From assembly GCA_036158635.1 (NCBI GenBank), contig JAYYFR010000008.1, positions 684 to 64,683 of the forward strand: DNA of 64,000 nucleotides, in the 5' to 3' direction. The translations under genes and the position numbers were made by a program. Source of the DNA: Bacteroidota bacterium (lineage in GTDB: Bacteria > Bacteroidota > Bacteroidia > Flavobacteriales > TMED113). Positions 1 to 10,138 of the stretch are shown in pieces (the stretch's first letter is position 1; the number at the start of each line of letters is the position of its first letter). The notes beneath the pieces were generated by a model. The model was not told the DNA's origin. It ran no database searches and saw only the letters and a list, made by a program, of their open reading frames with translations.

Positions 1-1662
1 TCCATCAGTTAAGTCAGCTGCATTTAATGAGGCGCCAGCGTGAACATGATGAGATAAAATATCTAATAAAGGCGTATCTGCATTTTCTACTATTTCAGCT
101 AATGCTGAATCGTCTAATGCTGAACTTGGAGCGAACATGGTAAATCCTTCAGAACATTCATCTAAAGCGGCTAAATCAGATGCTGATAACGTTATTGCCA
201 TTTGAAGATACTGATTTATATCTTGGTTAGAAGCAGCTTCATTAAAAACAGTAGTGATATCTGAAGAAACTGATTCTAATTCTAAAGCAGCATATACTCT
301 TGGAGCAATAAATTGTTGGATTAAATCCGCATATGCCATACCTTTTTCCTCAGACATATCTGGACTATCTAAAAGAGCTAAACATCCCATTGTTCCAGGG
401 TCAGTTCCTTGATACTGGTCTGCTATAGCACCGTATAAGTCATTATCCCACCAATCCCATGGAGAACCTTGGATTTCATAAGGTCCACAAGGAGTCATCT
501 CAGAGGAAGGTTCTGGTGTGACGATAGGGAATAGACCTGGTAAACCTTCATGGCCGGCAGTAGCTGAATTTTCATCTGCATTTCCAAAACCATACCATGA
601 ATCGTTTAAATCCCATGGTAAGCCTGCAAATACATCGTTATTTCCAAATTCAGAAGCCATTTGTTGAACAATTAATGATCCCATTCCTTCAACCACAATA
701 GCACCTGTAGTTGGTACCATTATATTTCCAACTCCATAAGGAGCAAAAACTTCATTCCAACATTGCATACTAGCAATTGGTACCTCTCCTTGGTCTACCC
801 AACTACTATCTGGAATGGCACCTCCTACATTGAATGCCATATCAATTTCTGAACTGTAACCTGGGTGATTTGGAAGACAAAATGGTACGTCGGTAACATC
901 ATAAACCCCATCTCCGTCTGAATCTAAACCAGGTAGAATTCCTGTGTCAGATCCTTCAAGATTTCCGAAATACTCAGGAATGATGTAAGGAACAGCATCA
1001 TTTACTCCATCACCGTCAATATCTTGACTTGTATCTAAAAACTTTGGTAGTAATAACTCTTCTTCATAATCCCAAAGAGATGCTGCACATAAAGATAAGT
1101 AACCTCCAGTTCCAAGTCCTCCAATTGCAAATTTATCAGTTATACCGTAAGGATTACCATCTTCAGCAATAGATTTTCTTAAAAAACGAACACCTGTTCT
1201 TACGTCTTGAAGCCCTCTATATGCAGCTTGAATAAGAGTACTTCTTCTTATATCTTCATTTTCAGAAATTGGATTCCATCCTAATCTATAATTCATTGCA
1301 ATTGCAACATAACCTTTTTTTGCAAATGCTTCGCATTGAGCTACAGTAGCGTTATCAGTTTTGTCTCCTGTTGCTTGTCCATTAGCAACAGCAGGTAAAA
1401 AACTACCAGTATGTAATATGATAACAACTGGTCTATCTGTTGCAGTATCTCCAGAGGGCATGTAAATATCCATTTCTAAATCCTCCGCTGCAGGAGCTCC
1501 ACCTTGAAGTAAAGGTAAAACACTTATGTTATTTCCGTAAATAACATCAGATTCAATTTCAACATTACAAAATAATTCATCTAAATATCTCACTTGAGAA
1601 AATGAATTAAAGAATGTAAAAAAGAAAAATAATAATAATATTGATTGTAATTTTAATTTCAT
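1..1662 (-). CDS. Secreted alpha/beta-hydrolase-fold (carboxylesterase-like) protein with a fasciclin (FAS1)-like domain; partial, runs off the left edge
   Basis: Not in the ORF track; translated by hand. ATG at 1662, frame open to base 1. Signal peptide MKLKLQSILLLFLFFTFFNSFSQ, then DLEMDIYMP...RPVVIILHTGSF, GYVAIAMNYRLG, FAIGGLGTGG. Near the edge FTMFAPS...ILSHHV resembles FAS1. Confidence 0.8.
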   Translation of the reverse strand, partial: MKLKLQSILLLFFFFTFFNSFSQVRYLDELFCNVEIESDVIYGNNISVLPLLQGGAPAAEDLEMDIYMPSGDTATDRPVVIILHTGSFLPAVANGQATGDKTDNATVAQCEAFAKKGYVAIAMNYRLGWNPISENEDIRRSTLIQAAYRGLQDVRTGVRFLRKSIAEDGNPYGITDKFAIGGLGTGGYLSLCAASLWDYEEELLLPKFLDTSQDIDGDGVNDAVPYIIPEYFGNLEGSDTGILPGLDSDGDGVYDVTDVPFCLPNHPGYSSEIDMAFNVGGAIPDSSWVDQGEVPIASMQCWNEVFAPYGVGNIMVPTTGAIVVEGMGSLIVQQMASEFGNNDVFAGLPWDLNDSWYGFGNADENSATAGHEGLPGLFPIVTPEPSSEMTPCGPYEIQGSPWDWWDNDLYGAIADQYQGTDPGTMGCLALLDSPDMSEEKGMAYADLIQQFIAPRVYAALELESVSSDITTVFNEAASNQDINQYLQMAITLSASDLAALDECSEGFTMFAPSSALDDSALAEIVENADTPLLDILSHHVHAGASLNAADLTDG

Positions 1663-1677
1663 AATTATTGTTTTTAA

Positions 1678-4600
1678 TTAATTTAATTCAAATAAAAACG
1701 CAAGATAAGATAATCTTCCGACTTTTGGACCTCCATATGCTTGATAAACTTGATTATTTAAAATATTTGAAGATCCACATTTAATAGTAAGGGGGATATT
1801 TTTAATAATATCAAATGATTTATTTATTTGCATATCTAATAATCCATATGAGTTAATAAATCCGGTGAACTGAGGTGATCCTTCAAATAAGAAGCCATCT
1901 ATCCACTTATAATTGACTTGAAAATTAAATAAATCAGAGATAGTTCCACTTAAGCCAAGGTTAAATTTATGTTCAGGAGTATTATATGCCGGAATAATTG
2001 GATCTCTATCGTCTTCATTAATTAATTTATTCCATGAATAATTAAAATTTAATGTTAGGGATTTTGGTAAAAAATAATTCATACCTATTGTAAAACCTTG
2101 AGTTTTTACTCTTCCGTTAGCATTAACTGCTAATCTGTAACCTTGAATTGATGGATTGGAAATAGCCATATAATTTGGTATTTCTTGACCTACTTCTTGG
2201 GCCCAACCATATTGAACATCATCTTCTGTAGCAATTCTAGTTTGTTGAGGGGCGGTAGGGTCAACAGTGTATGATGCTCCAATTTGATAGCCAATAAAAT
2301 CTCTATAAATGGAATAATAATAACTTGCATCAATATATAACTTTTCCCATAAAGTAGTTCTTAATCCAAATTCAATTGTATTTACTTTTTCTGGTTTAAT
2401 TGGGTCAACAGTTAGTCTACCTTTAGTTAATGCATTTCTTGCCATTCCTGTTTGAGTTAAAGACCCATTATATGTTATATATTTTCTTAGAGAATCAACG
2501 TCAACAAAATACTCTTCAAAACCAAATCCATTTAAGTTACCAAGAAGAATACCTGTACCAAAGTCATAATCTAGATATTGATCTGTTAACGTTGGATTTC
2601 GTAGGGCAGAAGAAAATGAAAGTCTCAATAAATCTTTTTCGCTTGCTTTCCAAACAATAGAAGCAGCAGGGGAGAATAAAAAATCAAAATTTTGATTTTT
2701 ATCTAATCTAACTGTAGTATTAATTAAAAGTGTTTCATTTAGTAATTTTTTGTCTATTCCACTGTAAATACCATATTCAAAATTTTTAATTCTATTTCTC
2801 GTTACAATTGTATCAATATAATCAATTACCTGGGTCACTGTTGTGTCCCATCCAATTGGAGTCCATCCATCTAAAATTGGAGAAATAACTGTATCTAATA
2901 GAGCGTTTCCGTTTTCATCGTATTTATATATATTTTTAAAATTTTGAATAAATCCATCATCAAATATTGAGCCTTCAGAGTTAGGAGTGTAAAGTCTAGC
3001 ATTAGCACCAATCGTAAGTTTAGTTTTATCATTAATATCAAATTTATATTCACCCTGAAGGTGATAGAGAGCTGATTTATCAAAAAATCTTGTTCCATTA
3101 ATTAAATTACCAGTTTCGGGGTCGTATCTTGAGGACGTAGTAATTTCATTGAAAACGGTTTCAAATTCCTGAGTTCCAGGAATTAAATATGGGTTTCCAT
3201 CACCTAAAGTTGAATTTAAAGAATTTGCATAGTCCTCAGCCATTTGATGATATGAATTAAGTAAGTCTGGATTTTGGTTTAATATATTTTGCATATCCAT
3301 GATCCATTGTCCTAATGTTTCGGTATTTCCATCCCATTCTTCCCATCCAATAATCTCTTCTTCAAGTAAAGGAATAATATCGTTAGCCCAATAGTTACTG
3401 TATTCAGTAGCCCATTCAGTATTTACTAATCCTCTGTCCTGTAGAGAAACAGCAGTTGCGACAGCATCATAAGAATCACCAGCATCTTCATGAGTAGTAT
3501 AAAATCTGATAAAAAATTTATCTTTTTTTCTGTATTCTAATCTATTTTGTAAAAATTTTATGTTTTTTAGGCTGTATCTGTTATCTCCTTGATAAACAGT
3601 TGTTCCTTCTCCATAATTCATTGAATATATTAATTCATTTTTATTTTTTGTTTTGTAATGAAAAGCGCTATTAAATTTTAAGTTTTTTGTATCATAATCT
3701 ACTAAATCTTTTTCTTTATAGCCAGTTCTGTAAATTGTTCCTAGACCAGGATTTTCGTGAAAATCACCGTATGAAGTTGACCATTCATCTCCGTATATAT
3801 TCACAGCATCATATCCACCAGGATTATTTCTATTAGAGTCACTGTCATCAGAAGCTGATTGGTTGTTTGCTACCCAATCGTTAGCTTTGAAATGTTGAAT
3901 ATTAAATTTAAATCCAAATCTCTCGTTACCTTCTTTGTCTTTCCAATTTCTTGCAAATCTAAATGAGTTTTCTAATAAAGCTCTTTCTCCAATTTTTATT
4001 TGGTATTGAGTTCCGGGAAACATAAATGGATCTTTAGATTCCATATATATAACTCCATTAAATGCATTTGGTCCATAGAGAGCAGAATTTGCTCCAACAA
4101 CGATTTCAACTCCTTTTGTATCTAATTCAGGACTACCCATAAAATTACCTAAACTAAAATTAAGTCCTGGAGATTGGTTATCAACTCCATCAATTAACTG
4201 TAGAGACCTAACAGGAGAAGTACTATTAAAACCTCTTGTGTTAATAATTTTAAATCCCAGGCTAGCGGATGTTAAATCAACTCCCTTCAGATTAGATAAA
4301 CCCTCGTAAAATGTAGATGAAGGTGTTTCTTTTATTGCATTTATATCTAAAGATTCAATTGTTACTGGAGATTGTTTTAATCTTTCCGTAAGCCTGTTGT
4401 CTCTGATTTCAATTTCTTGAAGTTCCTCTTGATTAATTTCTAGTTTTATATTTACAAAATCATAATTAGATATCTCAATATCTTTAGTATTATATCCTAT
4501 GTATGAACACCTTATAGTGATGGGGAGTTTTGTGATGTTATTAAATGAAAATTCTCCGTTGATATTTGTTGTCATCCCTTTTCCATTGAGGATTTGAACA

Positions 4601-4719
4601 TTTGCACCAATTAAAGTTTCTTTAGTTTTTTTATCGCTAACTACTCCATTAATATTTTGCGATATCAAAATTGAAGAAAATAAAAAAAATAGATATGAAA
4701 AAATATATTTTTTTTTCAT
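1678..4719 (-). CDS. TonB-dependent outer-membrane receptor with N-terminal CarboxypepD_reg-like domain
   Basis: NGVVSDKKTKETLIGANV...CSYIGY N-domain; plug motifs NTRGFN, LIDGVD, GANSALYGPNAFNGVI; barrel-like C-terminus. Start moved from 4767 to 4719 (MKKKYIF, signal peptide), which removes the overlap with the LOG gene. Confidence 0.9.
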   Translation of the reverse strand: MKKKYIFSYLFFLFSSILISQNINGVVSDKKTKETLIGANVQILNGKGMTTNINGEFSFNNITKLPITIRCSYIGYNTKDIEISNYDFVNIKLEINQEELQEIEIRDNRLTERLKQSPVTIESLDINAIKETPSSTFYEGLSNLKGVDLTSASLGFKIINTRGFNSTSPVRSLQLIDGVDNQSPGLNFSLGNFMGSPELDTKGVEIVVGANSALYGPNAFNGVIYMESKDPFMFPGTQYQIKIGERALLENSFRFARNWKDKEGNERFGFKFNIQHFKANDWVANNQSASDDSDSNRNNPGGYDAVNIYGDEWSTSYGDFHENPGLGTIYRTGYKEKDLVDYDTKNLKFNSAFHYKTKNKNELIYSMNYGEGTTVYQGDNRYSLKNIKFLQNRLEYRKKDKFFIRFYTTHEDAGDSYDAVATAVSLQDRGLVNTEWATEYSNYWANDIIPLLEEEIIGWEEWDGNTETLGQWIMDMQNILNQNPDLLNSYHQMAEDYANSLNSTLGDGNPYLIPGTQEFETVFNEITTSSRYDPETGNLINGTRFFDKSALYHLQGEYKFDINDKTKLTIGANARLYTPNSEGSIFDDGFIQNFKNIYKYDENGNALLDTVISPILDGWTPIGWDTTVTQVIDYIDTIVTRNRIKNFEYGIYSGIDKKLLNETLLINTTVRLDKNQNFDFLFSPAASIVWKASEKDLLRLSFSSALRNPTLTDQYLDYDFGTGILLGNLNGFGFEEYFVDVDSLRKYITYNGSLTQTGMARNALTKGRLTVDPIKPEKVNTIEFGLRTTLWEKLYIDASYYYSIYRDFIGYQIGASYTVDPTAPQQTRIATEDDVQYGWAQEVGQEIPNYMAISNPSIQGYRLAVNANGRVKTQGFTIGMNYFLPKSLTLNFNYSWNKLINEDDRDPIIPAYNTPEHKFNLGLSGTISDLFNFQVNYKWIDGFLFEGSPQFTGFINSYGLLDMQINKSFDIIKNIPLTIKCGSSNILNNQVYQAYGGPKVGRLSYLAFLFELN

Positions 4720-4723
4720 GGGG

Positions 4724-5398
4724 TTAAAAATTTGGAGATAACTGATAATTTTTATAAAAGTCGTCAATTATTTCAATTACTTCATCAACACTATCTACTA
4801 ATTTAAAGTTTTTTAAGTCTTTTTCTGAAATATTTTTTTCTTTTTCCAAAACTGTTTCTTTTATCCAATCTAATAGACCATTCCAAAAATCACTTCCAAA
4901 TAAAATAATAGGTATTTTTTGGATTTTTTCAGTTTGTATTAATGTAATTGCTTCAAACAATTCATCTAGTGTTCCAACTCCACCGGGCATAACAACAAAA
5001 CCCTGTGCGTATTTTACAAACATTACCTTTCTAACAAAAAAATAATTAAAATCAATATTTTTATCATCATCAATATATTTGTTAGGTGTTTGTTCAAATG
5101 GCAAATCGATGTTTAATCCAACAGATGCTCCCCCTTTATTTTTTGCGCCTTTATTAGCTGCTTCCATAATACCAGGACCTCCGCCAGAAATTATTCCGTA
5201 TCCCTTTTCTGTTAACTTTTCAGATATTTCCACAGCATATTTATAATATTTATTTTCAGGTTTTGTTCTAGCTGATCCAAAAATAGAAATGCAAGGACCA
5301 ATGTTTGAAAGTTTTTCAAAACCTTCAACAAATTCAGACATAATTTTAAATATACTCCAAGTTTTATCACTTTTTATTTCTTTCCACTTTTTTCTCAT
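4724..5398 (-). CDS. LOG family (TIGR00730-like) nucleotide phosphoribohydrolase
   Basis: SIFGSART, GGGPGIMEAAN, RKVMFVKY and PGGVGTLDELFE motifs. Confidence 0.92.
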   Translation of the reverse strand: MRKKWKEIKSDKTWSIFKIMSEFVEGFEKLSNIGPCISIFGSARTKPENKYYKYAVEISEKLTEKGYGIISGGGPGIMEAANKGAKNKGGASVGLNIDLPFEQTPNKYIDDDKNIDFNYFFVRKVMFVKYAQGFVVMPGGVGTLDELFEAITLIQTEKIQKIPIILFGSDFWNGLLDWIKETVLEKEKNISEKDLKNFKLVDSVDEVIEIIDDFYKNYQLSPNF

Positions 5399-5415
5399 TT
5401 TTTCAAAATATTGTT

Positions 5416-8235
5416 TTAATATATCTCTTTTTTTAAATACTTCGCTGTATAACTATTTTTATTTTTAACAATTTCTTCAGGTTTCCCCTCACATAAAATA
5501 TATCCTCCATCTTTTCCACCATTTAAACCTAAATCAATTATATGGTCCGCTTGTTTAATTACATCCATATTATGTTCAATTATAACACAAGAGTTTCCTT
5601 TATCAATTAGTTTATGAATAGATTTCATTAAAATATTAATATCGTGAAAATGTAATCCTGTAGTTGGTTCATCAAAAATATAAAGGGTTTTACCAGTGTC
5701 ATTTTTAGATAACTCTAGAGCCAATTTTATTCTTTGAGCTTCCCCACCAGACAATTCTGTTGAAGGTTGCCCAAGTTTGATGTAATCCATTCCAACATTT
5801 TTCAATGTTCTTAATTTTTTTTTAATTTTTGGAAATTTTTCAAAAAATAAAATTGCTTCTTCTACAGTCATTTCAAGAACTTCATATATATTTTTTCCTT
5901 TAAATTTAATGTTTAATGTTTCTCTGTTAAACCTCTTTCCAGAACAACTTTTACAGTCAATGTAAAAGTCGGGTAAAAATTTCATTTGAATTAGTTCTTT
6001 TCCTGAACCCTTACATTGTTCGCACCTTCCACCAGAAGTATTGAATGAAAATCTTCCTGGTTTATAACCCATTACTTTAGCAGAAGGAACATTTGAAAAT
6101 AATTCTCTGATTAATGAAAAAAGACCGATATATGTTGCGGGATTTGATCTGGGTGTTCTACCAATAGGAGTTTGATTAATGGAAATCACTTTATCAATAT
6201 TTTTAGTTCCTTCAATTTTTTCAAATAAACCATAATCAATATTTGATTTGTTAATTTGATTATTTAAAATTGGATATAAAGTTTTATTTATTAGTGTAGA
6301 TTTGCCACTTCCGGAGACTCCAGTTACTACAGTTAATGTGCCTAAGGGAATTCTCAAATTTACATTTTTTAAATTATTTTGAGATGCTCCAAATAAGTTT
6401 ATGTTTTTTCCATTTCCTTGTCTTCTTTTTTCAGGAATTTTAATAAGATTTCTGTTTACAAGATATTGAGAAGTAAGGTGTTTTGATTTTTTTATCTGAT
6501 TATTTGTTCCTTTAAATATTATTTTTCCTCCGTTTTTTCCAGCAAATGGGCCAATGTCAATTATATAGTCAGCAGATTCGATTAATTCTCTGTCGTGTTC
6601 GACAACGATAACAGTGTTTCCTATGTCTTTTAATCTTTTGAGTGATTGTATTAACAAGTCATTGTCTTTTTGATGTAAACCAATACTTGGTTCATCTAAA
6701 ATATAGATTACCCCGACTAGTTCTGACCCAATTTGTGTAGCTAGTCTAATTCTTTGACTCTCTCCTCCAGATAAAGTTTTAGATTGCCTATTTAACGTTA
6801 GGTAATTAAGTCCAAGATTTTTTAAAATTTTAATTCTCTTGATCAATTCTTTTACAATTTCGTTAGTAATTTTATTTTTTTTACTTAATGATTTTACCCA
6901 ATCATATAGTTTATCAATTTCTAAGTTTGATACATCAGAAATGTTTTTTTGATTTATAAAAAAATTAATACTTTCTTTTCTAAGTCTTTTTCCACTGCAA
7001 CTTTTACAATCTTCTTCGTCTATATATTTTTTTGCCCATCTTTTTATTTTATTTGAATCAGAATTTTTGAATTCATTTAAAATAAAGTTTGAGATTCCTG
7101 GAAAATCTAATTCATGAAATTTAGTAATTCCAATTTCCTTATTTTTTATTTTAAAATTTTCTTTAATACCATATAAAATTGAATTAATACATTCTTTAGA
7201 TAAATCTTTTATAGGAGTGTCAAGATTAAATTTATACTTATTCAATATTATTTTGAGTTCATCAAATAACCAGTTATCACTTGAATTATCTAATGCTGCA
7301 ATACCCCCTTGTTTTATACTTAAATTTTTATTAGGAATTATTTTTTTTTCGCTAACTAAAAAAACTTTACCTAGTCCTTTACATTCTGGGCAGTAACCCT
7401 TAGGTGAATTAAAAGAAAATGAATTTGGTTCTGGGTCTGGATATGAAATTCCGGACTCAGGGCACATTAATTTCGTACTGTAAAAATATAATTTATTATT
7501 GTTTTTTTCTGCTATGATTATAGTTCCGTTACCTTCCTTTAATGCTAGTTCAAATGAATTATTTATTCTTTCATTATTTTTATTATTAATTATTAAATCA
7601 TCAATGAGTAAATCTATATCATGGTGTTTATTTCTATCAAGTTCTAAGCTATTAACAGATAAATATGATTTATCTAGAATATTTTTTAATTCTCCATTTA
7701 CTCTAACTTTCATAAATCCTTTCTTCATCAAATCAATAAAGAATTGTTTATAATTTCCTTTTCTTCCTCTAATTAGAGGAGCAAGTATTAAAACTTGCTT
7801 TTTTTTATGTTCTTTTTTTATCTTTTCAACTAATTTTTTTGGTGGGAAAGTTTTCATTTCTTTTCCAGTTACATATGAAAATGCTGTTGATGATTTTGAG
7901 TAAAGTAATCTTAAGTAATCATAAATTTCAGTTATTGTTCCAACAGTTGAGCGAGGATTTTTTGAAACAGATTTTTGACTAATTGATATAACAGGGCTTA
8001 GTCCGGAAATTTTATCTACTTCAGGTTTTTCATAATTATCTATAAATTGTCTTGCAAACACAGAAAAAGTATCCATATATCTTCTTTGTCCTTCTCTGTA
8101 AATTGTTTTATGTGCAAGTGAACTTTTCCCGCTTCCACTTACCCCTGTTATAACTACAAGTTTATTCTTAGGTATATTAATTGAAATATTTTGTAAATTA
8201 TTTTCTTTAGCACCAGAAATTTCAATTTTACTCAT
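5416..8235 (-). CDS. uvrA: Excinuclease ABC subunit A
   Basis: Two Walker A motifs (GVSGSGKS), LSGGE signatures, DEPSIGLH and DEPTTGLH, zinc-finger CxxC pairs, GAKENNL start. Confidence 0.97.
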   Translation of the reverse strand: MSKIEISGAKENNLQNISINIPKNKLVVITGVSGSGKSSLAHKTIYREGQRRYMDTFSVFARQFIDNYEKPEVDKISGLSPVISISQKSVSKNPRSTVGTITEIYDYLRLLYSKSSTAFSYVTGKEMKTFPPKKLVEKIKKEHKKKQVLILAPLIRGRKGNYKQFFIDLMKKGFMKVRVNGELKNILDKSYLSVNSLELDRNKHHDIDLLIDDLIINNKNNERINNSFELALKEGNGTIIIAEKNNNKLYFYSTKLMCPESGISYPDPEPNSFSFNSPKGYCPECKGLGKVFLVSEKKIIPNKNLSIKQGGIAALDNSSDNWLFDELKIILNKYKFNLDTPIKDLSKECINSILYGIKENFKIKNKEIGITKFHELDFPGISNFILNEFKNSDSNKIKRWAKKYIDEEDCKSCSGKRLRKESINFFINQKNISDVSNLEIDKLYDWVKSLSKKNKITNEIVKELIKRIKILKNLGLNYLTLNRQSKTLSGGESQRIRLATQIGSELVGVIYILDEPSIGLHQKDNDLLIQSLKRLKDIGNTVIVVEHDRELIESADYIIDIGPFAGKNGGKIIFKGTNNQIKKSKHLTSQYLVNRNLIKIPEKRRQGNGKNINLFGASQNNLKNVNLRIPLGTLTVVTGVSGSGKSTLINKTLYPILNNQINKSNIDYGLFEKIEGTKNIDKVISINQTPIGRTPRSNPATYIGLFSLIRELFSNVPSAKVMGYKPGRFSFNTSGGRCEQCKGSGKELIQMKFLPDFYIDCKSCSGKRFNRETLNIKFKGKNIYEVLEMTVEEAILFFEKFPKIKKKLRTLKNVGMDYIKLGQPSTELSGGEAQRIKLALELSKNDTGKTLYIFDEPTTGLHFHDINILMKSIHKLIDKGNSCVIIEHNMDVIKQADHIIDLGLNGGKDGGYILCEGKPEEIVKNKNSYTAKYLKKEIY

Positions 8236-8249
8236 TTTAGATGTTAATT

Positions 8250-9140
8250 TTATTTTATTTCTAATGACTTTTCTAAAGGAAGTTTTATTGTATAATTTTT
8301 TTCATTTACTTCTAATTTATTCTTTAAAATCCATGGATTTAAATACTTAATTATTTTGTAGTTAAAACCAATTTCATTTGCAAAATTAGCAATATTTTCA
8401 ATTGTTTTATTAATTTCCATTTCATAAGTTTTGACTGGTTTGTACAGGCTACTATCATCCAAGTCAAATCCATATGTAAGTGGGTTTTTGTCGATTATTT
8501 TATATGCAATAATTCTGAATATATATCTTGATGTTTCATTATTTAGTTTTAAATCATAATAATTATTCACATTTTGTCTTTTAATTTGTTTTTCAAGTGC
8601 GCTTGGACCCATATTATAGGCAGCTGCAGCTAAAGTCCAGTTTCCAAATTGTTCATAAAGTTTATTTAAATACTTACAAGCAGATTCTGTGGATTTTTCT
8701 AAGTGGTACCTTTCATCTACCAAATCATTAATTTCTAAATCATATGCTAGACCTGTTTTTTTCATAAACTGCCAAAACCCTTTTGCTCCTGCTGGAGATG
8801 TTACATTTTCAAAAGCACTTTCTGCAATAGCTAAGTATTTAAAGTCATCAGGAATATTATATTTTTTTAAATACTTTTCAATTATTGGAAAGTATTTATT
8901 TGATCTTTTTAAAATTAATATTGCTTTTGAGTGATAATAAGTATTCACTAGTATCTCCTTGTCAAATCTTTCTAAAATGTCCTGATTTTCAATAGGAACT
9001 TTTTCATCACAAAAAAATAATTTTTCAGGAATAAAAGGTGCTACAACATGGTAGTTTTGATTATATTTTTTAAAATTATTACTGTTTTCTTGAGAAAAAA
9101 CGAAAAAACAGGAAAAAAGAACAAGTAAAATTATTTTCAT
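8250..9140 (-). CDS. Lytic murein transglycosylase (SLT domain, MltD-like)
   Basis: LAIAES (catalytic Glu), SPAGAKGFWQFM, AAAAYNMG, ETSRY; signal peptide. Confidence 0.92.
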   Translation of the reverse strand: MKIILLVLFSCFFVFSQENSNNFKKYNQNYHVVAPFIPEKLFFCDEKVPIENQDILERFDKEILVNTYYHSKAILILKRSNKYFPIIEKYLKKYNIPDDFKYLAIAESAFENVTSPAGAKGFWQFMKKTGLAYDLEINDLVDERYHLEKSTESACKYLNKLYEQFGNWTLAAAAYNMGPSALEKQIKRQNVNNYYDLKLNNETSRYIFRIIAYKIIDKNPLTYGFDLDDSSLYKPVKTYEMEINKTIENIANFANEIGFNYKIIKYLNPWILKNKLEVNEKNYTIKLPLEKSLEIK

Positions 9141-9691
9141 TGAATCTTTATTAAGTTTAAATAATCTTTTAAACTTATACCTTTTTTATCTTTTTTTGAA
9201 ATTATAGGATTTTTAATTTCCCAATTAATGTTTAAATCTGGGTCAGACCATTTTAATGTTATGTCATGTTTCGGATTATAATATTTATTACACTTGTATG
9301 TAAAAATAGTATTGTTTTCTAGAGATAAAAAACCATGAGCTAGACCCTCAGGAATATATATCATTTTTCTCTCTTTACTATTTAAAATAAATTTAATATG
9401 CTTTCCAAAAGTAGGGGAGTTATATCTCAAATCAACAATTACATCTAAAACACTTCCTTTAATAACTTGAACTAACTTTAATTGACTTTCTGGCGAAGTT
9501 TGTATATGTAAACCTCTTAATACATTTTTTTTTGAAATTGATATATTATCTTGTTTAAAATTAGATGATAGATTAATTTTCTCAAAATATTTTTTGTTCC
9601 AGGACTCTAAAAAAACTCCTCTTTCATCTTGAAAAATAAAATCGTTTTCAATTATATATAATCCAGGAATTTTTGTGATTATTTTTTTCAT
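9137..9691 (-). CDS. rfbC: dTDP-4-dehydrorhamnose 3,5-epimerase
   Basis: DERGVFLE, QDNISIS, VLRGLH, DVIVDLR, IPEGLAHGF, YKC, WSDPDLNINW. Confidence 0.95.
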   Translation of the reverse strand: MKKIITKIPGLYIIENDFIFQDERGVFLESWNKKYFEKINLSSNFKQDNISISKKNVLRGLHIQTSPESQLKLVQVIKGSVLDVIVDLRYNSPTFGKHIKFILNSKERKMIYIPEGLAHGFLSLENNTIFTYKCNKYYNPKHDITLKWSDPDLNINWEIKNPIISKKDKKGISLKDYLNLIKIQ

Positions 9692-10138
9692 TTATAGGTA
9701 AAGATACATTAATTTATGAGGACCAATTTTAGGAATATTATAAAATTCACCTTGAGATTTAAATCCTAAATTCTCATAAAATGGGATTGCAATTTTTCTA
9801 GCATCACACCACAATAATTTCACTTTTCTTTTAATTAATTCATTTTTTGCAAACATTATTAATTTTCTTCCCATTGATATTCCTTGATATTTCTTTTCGG
9901 TAGCCATTGCTCTGAGTCTATATTGTTTGTCATTTTCATCAAAAATTATGTTATTTTGGTAAATAAATGTTCCAATACTCACAAGTTCATTTTTCAAAAA
10001 TGTTCCAACATGAAAAGTGTCTTTTAGGTCATCTTCAGCTAAAAAACAATTAGATATATTTTTATGAGGCCATAAAACACTAAGTCTTATTTTATGAGTT
10101 AGGTTAGATTGTATTAGTTTTGATTCAATTTCAATCAT
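9692..10138 (-). CDS. GNAT family N-acetyltransferase
   Basis: YRLRAMAT..YQGISMG acetyl-CoA motif; LWCDAR..A..FYENLGF. Confidence 0.9.
   Translation of the reverse strand: MIEIESKLIQSNLTHKIRLSVLWPHKNISNCFLAEDDLKDTFHVGTFLKNELVSIGTFIYQNNIIFDENDKQYRLRAMATEKKYQGISMGRKLIMFAKNELIKRKVKLLWCDARKIAIPFYENLGFKSQGEFYNIPKIGPHKLMYLYL

Noticed and set aside
4720-4767. Longer N-termini given by the ORF track (4767, and likewise 47934, 52479, 58654)
   Set aside because: The extensions overlap neighbours or precede a clear MKK/MNN-type signal peptide, so the downstream ATGs fit better.
9137-9691. Orphan rfbC as a sign of a polysaccharide island
   Set aside because: No rfbA/B/D or glycosyltransferases nearby; the gene is translationally coupled within a mixed housekeeping operon.
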